Source: Octopus bimaculoides (taxonomy: Eukaryota). Taken from it: DNA of 64,000 nucleotides. The notes beneath the pieces were generated by a model. That model was not told where the DNA came from. It saw only the letters and a program-made list of their open reading frames with translations, and did not search any database. Positions 54,099-64,000 of the stretch are shown in pieces. How positions within the stretch are numbered: position 1 is the first letter of the stretch; each line of letters starts with the position of its first letter. The translations under genes were made by a program, and so were the position numbers. The stretch spans positions 61,375,295 to 61,439,294 of the forward strand of contig NC_068989.1 of the NCBI RefSeq assembly GCF_001194135.2. Reading direction: 5' to 3'.

Positions 54099-54164
54099 NN
54101 NNNNNNNNNNNNNNNNNNNNNNNNNNNNNNNNNNNNNNNNNNNNNNNNNNNNNNNNNNNNNNNN

Positions 54165-54205
<41 letters not shown>
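53700..54205. repeat. Compound (CA)n/(TG)n/(TA)n microsatellites with N gap 54099-54164
   Basis: Directly visible; explains the ORF cluster at 53470-54404. Confidence 0.95.
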
Positions 54206-54210
<5 letters not shown>

Positions 54211-55399
54211 TGGATGTGTACAGGTTTAGATACACAAGTACATATTATAAGGCCTATATAATAATGCATACACTCATATATATGTACATGTATGCGTGCG
54301 TATATCAATATACACTTTCTTCCTTTCTCTCTGATTCCTCTGCCCACACTATCACCTTTGCCAATAGAATAAACAGTTTCTATAGAAATAAACGATTTCT
54401 ATAGAAACTTGACCATTCTTAGTAATCTTCCATTTCGTTTTGTGGTTTACTACTCACCTTAGAAAACCCCTCCCTCTTATACCTTTTTCTGTACCCATCC
54501 CTTAAACCTATTATAACATATCACCCACCTCACACACTTCACACATATTCATTGCGTACATTCTTATCTCTTCGTACCCCACCCCTACTCCTCTCCCATC
54601 CCCAATCTTATGTCTTGACCACCAAGCAACACTCTTTTTTTCCTTTTTTTCTTTCATATTTTCCCCTTTATTACACTTGTTTTCCTTTTCTCTCCCTCTT
54701 TCGTTCCTTCTCTTCTCAACTTTTCCCTTGACCTCCCTCTTCACTTTAACACACACACCTCTACTCCCCTCTCTATCAACTTATACCTCTACTACTTTCT
54801 CAAATGTTCATTCACTCCATAAAACCCCTGTGAATGAACGGTATATGGAATCTACGTCTCCACACTTTCCATTTTTGATGACAAAATATGTACACCTATT
54901 GGCATTTACATAGCACGGACAGGAAGCATTTCTACACAACGCTTTCCTTGGATAATGGAAGTGCAACTATAACATACTTATACATTTTTATTTTTATTTC
55001 TACTTTCATTCACCTATTTCTTTACATACTCCTTATTCGCTTCCTTTTCCAAAATAACTCCTATATTGAACTCTAATATTTCCCTTCTATTTAACCATTT
55101 CACATCGTTTCTAATGAAGAAATATCCCTAATATCCCAGAAACAGCTGTAAGACTAACTTCCTCTTTATAAATGTCTATAAATGTCCTGAAAACTCCACA
55201 CAGTCTTAGCTTTGTTGTGTTATTTTATTTAACACACACATATGTGTGTGTTTGTGTGTATGTATTTGTGTGTGTGCGTGTGTGTGTATGTATGCATAAA
55301 CAAAACAAAAAATGGAACAAGAACGTAACACGACAAATAACATTCGGACAGTTAAACGATACAAAAAAGAACAAGAAAAAACAAGGACGGGTCATTGGA

Positions 55400-55620
55400 G
55401 CTGTCAATCTTCAGTCCAATAACAGATCGTCTTTGCAATTTCGGCAGGTTACGCTCGAGACTGCATTTATCTGGCCGGCTAGATTCGGAAGCCGTTTTGA
55501 GAATGTGAGGGAAGCTGAGAGTGTTATCTCCCAGGCCATAATCTTTATGATATCCTTTGGACATTTTAAAAATAATCTTATTTTTGGATGGGATATTCTG
55601 TTTTCTCTTCCGTTTATACA
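55400..55620 (-). mobile_element. Possible degenerate Tc1-superfamily transposase fragment
   Basis: LGDNTLSF..ASESSRPDK.SLERN loosely matches WL.DN..F..PPNSPDLNPLDY..LER. Confidence 0.3.
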
Positions 55621-55672
55621 AGATCTGAAATTTAGCCCGAATATCCTCTATGTATGTATGTACGTATGTATG

Positions 55673-55706
<34 letters not shown>

Positions 55707-56224
55707 TGTATGTATGCATGCATGAATGCATGTGTGTATGCATGTATGTACTTACGTACCTATGTATGTATGCATTTGAGCGAGTGTTCTTTTAACATTC
55801 CTCGCTTACCTGGAAGGTTTTGAGAATGTTTATATGTTATATATCTACATGAACATGTAACTATTTGTATATTAATATAATTTGTGCGTACATTAAGTAA
55901 ATTATGTCGCTAAGTATAAAAATAAAGCCTTACTATCTATACAAATATTGGCATATGTGATGTTTCTCCTGTATCCCTGTCTATCTTAGCGTCATTTTTC
56001 TCATGCGATATTTAATTATCTCTCTATTTTAAATGTTCCCATATGTCGTTATGTGCATAAATAAACTATTGTATACTTTCATTTCTTTTTTGTATTTGTA
56101 ATTTTCTAACAGATTGTTAACGCTAGCATGCTATCTTTACTTTGTGGCTACTTATTAACATATACTTTAAACGAAGAGATGAAAGTAAATCTGAAGTTAA
56201 CATTAGTCGTGGTGAGTATGAAAA

Positions 56225-56578
56225 TGATCGTTGTGTTAACTGCGGAAACTAAATTCATGAAACTCTCAAGTTTCTTTGATTTATTGCCTCCGTCTCCATA
56301 AATTCCCAACCGAAATCTAAAACGTTTAGAAAACTACTAAAGATATTTACGAAAATTCTCTGAATATCTTTGCTCGTAAAATTGGTCATGAGTAAGGTGT
56401 CGAGTTGGCAGAATAGTTACCACGCGAAGGAAAATGCGTAGCAGTATTTCGTCCAGCTTTTCACAAGGATGTTTTTGGTGAACCTGGTTGACTAGCATTC
56501 CATTGTAATTCAGAGGTAATAAATTAAAGTAACTTGAATGTTTCATGAATTTGGTTTCCGCAGTTAACACAACGATCA
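56225..56578. mobile_element. Fold-back / MITE-like element with ~66 bp inverted repeats
   Basis: 56225-56290 pairs with 56513-56578; the outer 39 bp have one mismatch. Spacer 222 bp. Confidence 0.8.
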
Positions 56579-57679
56579 TATCCCGAATTATATAAACTGA
56601 CTTAACATCCGAACTGTACTTACTTTTGTATTCCATATGTATATGCCCAGTATCACCTTCTGTTTAAAGGCAATAACATTTGCATTGATGCAAGCATGAC
56701 TGCTATATCTGGCTGGGAGTTTCAATGACATATCGAATTAATGCGATAGGATTTGCAGTTTAGTGAATAAGTAAACAAATCAAATACTTTTAACACAAAC
56801 TTTTGCTCCATCCAAAATTTCGGACAACATACACGTACTCATTTGGAAACCTCGGCAATAATAAACTACACACGGCTAAGTCTGCAGAATGTTAATTATT
56901 TCATTAGCTGTTAGTCAATATTAGTAGCTTAATGTGTCTTCTCAGCTTCGTAATTGTGATTTCCTTTTAATGCTTATACACGACTTTATATTCTTTCTGG
57001 TATAACACATCCACAATGGGGAGACAACTATTGATTCTAATGAGAGTTACCCAAAAATATTCAGAGCATTGTAGGAAAATCGAGAGCTACTAGACCAAAT
57101 GTTGCCCATGGTTAATTGCTGAAGGTGTTTATCCTTTTCGGGAAATACATAAAGCACAGAATGTTTATATGAGAAATAAAATAAGGGAAAGAAAATTCTG
57201 TTCAAAATTGATGAAGTGATATTGTGAGAATGCAATGAGAAAACGTCATGTTTATGCATTTTATGTATAGGTTACAGGAATATGTGTTCTAGTCTCATAC
57301 TCGTACTTAAAGCAGTGCATGTAAATGTTCCATATTTTGAAAAAATGCTATATACTCGTTAGAATATGCAATTAGAGATTAGGTTTAACATTTGTGTACA
57401 GCGATGCAAATGAGACTATAACCCACATTATATTAGAATGCCTAAAATGTGTAGAAAAATGTGTATCTCTAACATTGCAACAATAATTTACTCGAATGTC
57501 GGCAAACAGTTCGGTTGCTGCAAGCGATAAAAACAGCTGAAGTGAGGTTATAAGATTTTCTTATAAAGGAAACTTAGAAGATTACGAATATTGTAATCGA
57601 CTGTGGTTCAAATCTAGACTTCGATGTATTATCTTATGGCCAGTGAAATTTTCTGTATGCATTACAAATTCTGTGGAAG

Positions 57680-57895
57680 CGCGTGTCTTAGTGGTGAGGG
57701 TGTTCGAATCATGATTGCAAGATTGTGATTTCGATTCCTGGACTGGGCACCGCGTTAATTTCTTGAGAAAACACTTCATTTCACGTTGCTCCAGTTCACT
57801 CAGATGGCAAGATTGAGGAATGTATTCCTGCGACGGGTCGGTGTCTTGTCCGGGCGGGGAATATATACGCCATGGAAACCGGTAAACATGTTGTA
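57680..57895 (+). mobile_element. tRNA-derived CORE-SINE
   Basis: gtcttagtggtgagg (A-box), ttcgattcctgg (B-box), ttgagaaaacacttcatttcacgttgctccagttcactcag (CORE). Confidence 0.8.
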
Positions 57896-59089
57896 AGAGT
57901 CCCTATATCTAGGGAAGAAACTTTACTTTTCATACCAAATTTTATAAGTGAAGAACAGACATATGGGTTTATATCTTCCCTCTACAACTTCCATACTTCA
58001 TACGAAACATTTCTGGACGACATATGTTTCTCTACTCTACCTAGATAGAGCGATTGATAAATGAGGGGAACTATGAATGCTGCATTGTCATCTGAACCAG
58101 TCTAGGTGGATCTCTTTATTATATGAGTTATTCCCCATAGCATATACTTTTTGTTTATTTGTACACTTATATTTTACGAAATGTTCCTGTGATTTCCCTA
58201 GCCAATCCATTAACAGTAATTCTCCGATGTTAACATTTGAAAACTACGTCTTGGTTTATATGAATAGCAACGTATATTCTCTAATTGCTTACCTCTTACA
58301 TTGGGTATTCTATAAAGTTTCTCTTCTTTATTTCTCCAGCGGTTATTTCATATTCCCATGCCAAACTTCTCAGAAGACCATGAGACAGCACTACTTAGAG
58401 TATATCTGGCGCTCGATTATTGGTTTCTAAGGCTGAGAACAACATTGGTTCTTGACCGTGTTAGCAAACACTAGTTCCACTGCTGCCAGAATAACAGCAT
58501 CTAGCAAGAGCTGTCTTGTGTAGTGTGTTGTGTTCACTCTTTTTCTATGTTTATTTTCCTCTCTGCTTAAAGTTCCTTTGGATAGAGATCCATCAAGTGA
58601 GATCCATCAACTGGGACTCCTATCTGAATCCAGTTTTATGAATTTCCTTCCAGCACCCTCGACTACACAATGAACATATACAATTCTGTGCTGTTTGAAA
58701 GTAACCAATAACGTGTTCAAATAATTTTTTTATGTTCATATAGACTCTCCTCAGCAAATAGTTTCTGGTCATATTGCCGCACACAGACATAACGAAAAAA
58801 TGGTGAACGCCATTTCCAGAATGTTTAACTGTGATCTTGCATTATGCCGAATAAAGTATTGAGACACCAATGAATATTTAGGTGTGCCATATATAGCTTT
58901 TGCATCATCGTAAATTTTGAAGAATAAGTTCTGTTTTTTTTTTTTTGCATCCATTCTTACAAATTTCAGTCGAAATATCCCATATATTCCAGCTGGAGCT
59001 AGCCTATTTTTTCCTTCAAGTCTATGAGGGAAGTGGAGCAGACTGTGGGAACATAAGTAGGTAATTCTATTTCTTGTATAATGATTGTA

Positions 59090-59245
59090 GAATATGGCTA
59101 GCAAATTTAGGGACGGGGTTAAGTCGATAACGAAAGAAGAAAAAGTAAAAAGCAACCATGGTCAAATTTGAACTCAGGACTTAATCAGCTGAAAGTAATG
59201 TCCCTAAACATCTTATCCAACACGCTAGCTATCCGGCCAATTTTC
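59090..59245 (-). mobile_element. Degenerate Nin-type SINE
   Basis: Reverse complement is collinear with the 39421-40065 copies (gagttcaaattt.acc..ggttgcttt...atcgacttaacc). Confidence 0.6.
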
Positions 59246-59760
59246 TGACCTAATTCTAGTCTGACAGATATGTAGATATGTATTTTTTTTTGCTATAAAA
59301 TTTTCACCAGTAGAATACTATTCTACCAATTTATTCGTATTCAAATGTGAGATATGGCTGTCGTTGCAAGCCATTTGGAAACTGAAAGAATACGGGCTAC
59401 TTTTCTTCTTTTTTATTTTTTTGACAAAGATAACATTTGCGAGGGTTCATTGTTGTCTTTGTTGTAGAAAAAATCCTCGTTTCTTTTCAACAACTGTTAG
59501 CATTTTTCTTTTCAATAAAGTGATTTTGTGCAAAATCCAGGACTCTTGCCTATTTTCGGATGAGATTCATTGAAATCTGTGCTTTGAATGTCAGCTTAAC
59601 ACAAAATAGCTTTACAAAACATCTCCTTTTACTTTTTTTCTTGATTAATACACGAGGAAAATTAAAAAGGAACTTAGTAATTTCGCCTTCCTTGAATTAA
59701 TTTGTAAAGGAATTAAAACAGAAAAGTCATCCATGTTTTGAAAAATATTCAAATCGGATA

Positions 59761-59825
59761 CACATGGCGAACCTATGACACGCGTGTCAACAGTGACACG
59801 TCGCTAGTTTTTAAGTGACATTGGA
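59761..59825 (+). mobile_element. hAT (Charlie-group) transposon terminal fragment
   Basis: atggcgaacctatgacacgcgtgtcaacagtgacacg matches my recollection of the OposCharlie1-type 5' terminus; contains the subterminal palindrome tgacacgcgtgtca. Confidence 0.55.
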
Positions 59826-60699
59826 TGAAAAATCTCCATTTAATACCATATCATTAAAAGCTTTATCGATAATACTTTACTTGAAATAAAAATACATGTA
59901 TAGATGACAGTGACACTTCAATAGCAGGATTATAAAAGAAATTAAAAGTTGGAAATGCTGGGCTGAAATGGGTCGTCGTGAATGACATTGGGTAATCCAT
60001 AATGGAGCTGTAAAAGAAGACATTTTCTATTGCTAGGAACCGGTGATCAAGAATTCTTAATTAAGGACATTGTGTCATACATAGAAATGTAACGTACTAT
60101 TTGGGTATTTGATTACAAAATTATGCGATATAGATAATACAAAATAATAGACTTTGGAAGAAGTAGGACCGACATGAAATTAGCATGTCATGAGATAACG
60201 CATTTATCATATATACATTATTAAAGCAAGGTTCTTTTAAATAGAACCACTGATATATAAACAGAACTATAACATAAAATGCAGAAACTTAATAACATGA
60301 ACAACGCTCAAACACGTGCATACACATCAGCACGCGCGCACACACAGTCACGTGCAAACTCACAAATACGTAGCTGTGCCCACGCGCACAGTCACATGCA
60401 AACCCTCTCAAATGGACACAAATGCATTTTTCCAAATGACACAAATTATACAAATTTTAGTGGAGGATCGGTTACATTCTTTTGCAAATTTAACACTTGG
60501 AACCTACGGGAATATAACTCCCATTTGCAACAACTGAAGTGTCTCCTACTGAAAAGATAAGTGGTCAAAATTAAAAGAGAATGATAGATCTGGAAATATT
60601 CAGCAGACAGACAGAGCTTGCACTTCCAGTTGAATCGCTTTATGTATTGCTAGATAAACAGATATACATTGATGCATTAGTGTATGTGCTCATTGGCTT

Positions 60700-62520
60700 G
60701 AGACGACCATGAATGTTCAAATAGAGAGTGTTTTTCATGCCATATGGCTGAGTTTACACCATATATCTAGGACAAGGTAATTCGGCGTGGTAGTCTTATT
60801 TAAAACACAGTCTCTCACATTAAAGAAATAGCGATAAACATCATAATACCGGGGTCTCACCATCGCTAGATCTCTGCTAGACTCTATCATCCATGATGTT
60901 GGAAGTGAATGATACCACTTGACGTGAAGAGGACAAGACGAACGTACTAGTTTGGCTCCACATTTGCGGTCTTCTAACAGCTAGAAACGTTCTCAGACAT
61001 TATCTACCTGCCGAATGGGACAAATGTGATTAATTGTGAAGAGCAGACGCCTGAGGTAGCACGCCTGTGTAACAAATCACCATCTACAATTGTTCTGCGG
61101 ACTCGGCCGGCATCTGCACTGCTACAACCGCAAGTGTAGTGCTACTGGGCGACTGCATGACATCTTGGATGCACCTGTTGATTGTGAGGAGCTAATTGAA
61201 ATGAGAATGATTTGCACACGTCTCTGAAGTGTCAGTCATTTCCTACTGGCTGAGAGATACCGACTAGATTTCCCGAATGCGCCAGCGAGGATATGGTCAA
61301 CCAGCATCGGATCATCCAAGAGAGAATTCCAAAGAATACCCAGTAAGGCTAGCATTGGTTGTCACCAATTTAAAGACGTCGACTATACTGACCACAGATT
61401 TGTGATGTGTACGGTCCTCCTAGATAGGCTGCATAAACGAGTAACCAGCCGCCAGAAAGTGAAGGCAGCACCCTTTGCTCCAACTTTACAGAGTCCAGTT
61501 TCGAAAACTAGTTAAGGAAGGAGGGGAGAGGAAGCAAACCTCAACAACCGACGGTGGTTAGCTCGAAAACGGTTATTTATTCATATAGAGTTCAAGAGTC
61601 GAGGGAGAGTTATTTAGTAACCTAGTAGGGGCGCATAGAGAAGGTATTGCGACCTGAGTGAGATTGACTCTAGATTGATTCCTCATCGCTAAGCGCGGTG
61701 GTTACTTTGACAGAGCAATGGACCGTGCCTAGAGGTATGAGACAATGCACGGCTCGATGGGTCCTGATGGAAGAGACGTGATGCGGCTGCAAAGGCACTA
61801 TTTAACCTTTGACAGACCTGGAGGCATGCGTTCTACTCGTTAACAAGCAAATTTGTACGGTTTTCTTTGAAACATCGATCAACTCTTGAGGGTGGATGGA
61901 GTTTACCGCCTACGTTGAGGATCCCTATCGCAATTTAAGCTGCAGAGTACTTTGGAAGACTGATAACAGCTGATAATATACTTACTGAAAGCGATGACAG
62001 GTAGCAAAATGGTAAGTAGCCAGATCTGAATGCTCTTCCCTTAGAATTCTTTCGTGATATGCCAGCTTGTTACGGGGCTTCTACTGCGATTCGCAGCAGA
62101 ACGTTAGTGTTTCCATCCGTAATATAAGAAATTTGGTGGTATTGCCGAGAACAAGGAATATGATTTTAACATTCTTCAGTCTTGGCATTTTGCTAAATTA
62201 AAGATTTTGGCCTGAAATATTTGCACCTGTCTTAGATACTCTAATAGGTGAGGCACTGATATATATTCCACATCAGATAGATCTCTCCGCGATAACCTCC
62301 ACTTCAGGTGGTTCGCTATAGAAAGCTTCCCATCGAACCTCGCTTGTGTGGAATCCTGATCAATTTAGATCAATCTAAAGCTGTCGATTCGATCAACAAC
62401 CAAAATTCTGCGTCTGTCCTGAAACTAATTGTTTTCGCTCCCATGCTCAGAGCCTGTGCTGCAGCAATGAACATATGCACAACGGCAGAAATATGGCATT
62501 CAGTAAAAATCAATTTTTAG
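60700..62520 (+). mobile_element. Degenerate L1/Tx1-clade LINE ORF2 (APE endonuclease to start of RT)
   Basis: VVLLGDC (GDxN motif, ~61135-61157), KDVDYTDHRFVMCTV (SDH/TDH motif, ~61372-61416), GILINLDQSKAVDSI (ORF 62308-62520). Confidence 0.8.
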
Positions 62521-62944
62521 TGACAACAATCAACAGGTTGTTTAGTTTATTGCCTCAGAATGATGAAGGTCAAAGAGGAATTTGTTGGTATTCGTATTGA
62601 GGATATAAAGGGCCATAACTATTGATAGCAGAAATGCAGATGTAGTACAGTTGACACTATTAACAACAGAAGTGATAACAACAACAATTACAACATCAAC
62701 AGCAATATCACAATGAACAGCAATAATGCTACATGTTGCACCGAAAGCTGCGAAAAATATGTGAGAACAAACAACAGCTAAGATTTCGCACCACCACAAT
62801 CGGCAGTCTTCCATGCAAAGGAGACAAAAGTAAAATGTGTACCTCGAAGAAGACTTTCTCCGATCACCATCCATATGTCTACCAGAAACACAATTCCTAC
62901 CTCGTTCACCAAAAGTAATACTTCGTCTAAAACGACAACGACGA

Positions 62945-62946
62945 TT

Positions 62947-63034
<88 letters not shown>

Positions 63035-63044
63035 GCGGCAGCAG

Positions 63045-63075
<31 letters not shown>

Positions 63076-63215
63076 NNNNNNNNNNNNNNNNNNNNNNNNN
63101 NNNNNNNNNNNNNNNNNNNNNNNNNNNNNATCAGCAACACCATGCACCACTACCACCACCACCACCACCACCACCACCACCACCACCACCAGCAACAACA
63201 ACAACACTAACACCT
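62945..63215. repeat. Mosaic trinucleotide array (ATC)n-(AGC)n-(ACC)n-gap-(ACC)n-(AAC)n
   Basis: Directly visible; N gap 63076-63129. Explains the poly-amino-acid ORFs at 62542-63223. Confidence 0.95.
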
Positions 63216-64000
63216 CCCACTAGCACCATCTCTACTACAAGCTCATAGGCACCAAAACACTAATACCAAATCAATTTAATTTCCTTGTGCCGTTCCCATA
63301 TTGTTTCTTGGTGGCTCTTCAGCGATAAATTTGTTGATGTTTTGCTGATTTTACTGCTCCCTTGTGCATTTAATAATGTCGAAGATTTGTAAGCATCTCT
63401 TTGAACGTTTGTCGTCAGTATATGTGCATAAGATATAATTATATACTTGAGAGTGACGATCAATCTAGTTCATGTTTCTTCATCTTGATATCATCTTCAT
63501 AATATAAAGAGAAATCGCTGATTTCATTGAGTTCGTATTTTATTTTATATGATACAAATTTCCTAGGTGCAAGCAACAGAGATAAAGCTGTTCAGTAGCT
63601 ATCCGTATAAAAGAGGAATAAAGGGGTAGATTTGATTTGCATATCATTTTCATGTCTAAATACGAATATATTTGTAGATATATTGAATGGATTCTGAAAG
63701 TTTAACGCGTGCGAAGAAAACTACTTGTGTTATATCGTTTGAGAAATAACATATATTTGTGCAAAAGCATTTGAACAAACATGTTCTTTTCTAAATGTTG
63801 TTATAATACACTACACAAGCTTCGCGAATGAGCTACCTTGCGAGCCATTTTTTGTCTTTCTTTAACCTGTATCATGCCGCCGAAATGATTTAGCTGCTAT
63901 ATTTAGAAGCACGTGCAACTGTGTAATGGTTTTTTGAGGTCTTGACGTCATAAATTACTTTTTCAGAAATCACTTAAGTTTTTTGTAATGATGATGGTAG

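Noticed and set aside
55172-55795. 207 aa plus-strand ORF
   Set aside because: Built from (TG)n and (TATG)n repeats plus the antisense of a probable transposase remnant.
62542-63223. 223 aa ORF and overlapping poly-amino-acid ORFs as a real gene
   Set aside because: Openness is explained by stop-free trinucleotide repeats and an N gap; no domain and no splice structure.
1-64000. CRISPR arrays, rRNA genes, conserved bilaterian miRNAs, prokaryotic operons
   Set aside because: No regularly spaced repeat-spacer array, no rRNA-like sequence, and no mature miRNA I could recognise by eye. Short tandem duplications (e.g. 7121-7149, 27226-27295, 43918-43955, 46876-46945) lack unique spacers.

Overview
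AT-rich, repeat-dense eukaryotic non-coding DNA with four N-gaps at microsatellites. The SINE, LINE and Penelope repertoire and the abundant (TA)n/(CA)n/(TAA)n arrays match my recollection of Octopus genomes; this taxon call is an inference. I found no intact protein-coding gene. Nearly all ORFs in the track are microsatellite read-through or transposon remnants. Supported content: a Penelope-like element (PLE) with inverted terminal repeats; fragments of RTE, R4/Dong and L1/Tx1 LINEs; mariner, Tc1 and hAT remnants and MITEs; and about ten tRNA-derived SINEs. Two observations stand out. (1) The PLE terminal repeat is a module of tRNA-like Pol III promoter, (AAT)n and minimal hammerhead ribozyme. 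It is present three times, each copy is broken differently, and the consensus restores a perfect hammerhead core. (2) A roughly 3.3 kb minus-strand stretch at the start of the window reads as a heavily decayed leucine-rich-repeat receptor, possibly Toll-like. All translations and alignments were done by eye and no database searches were run.
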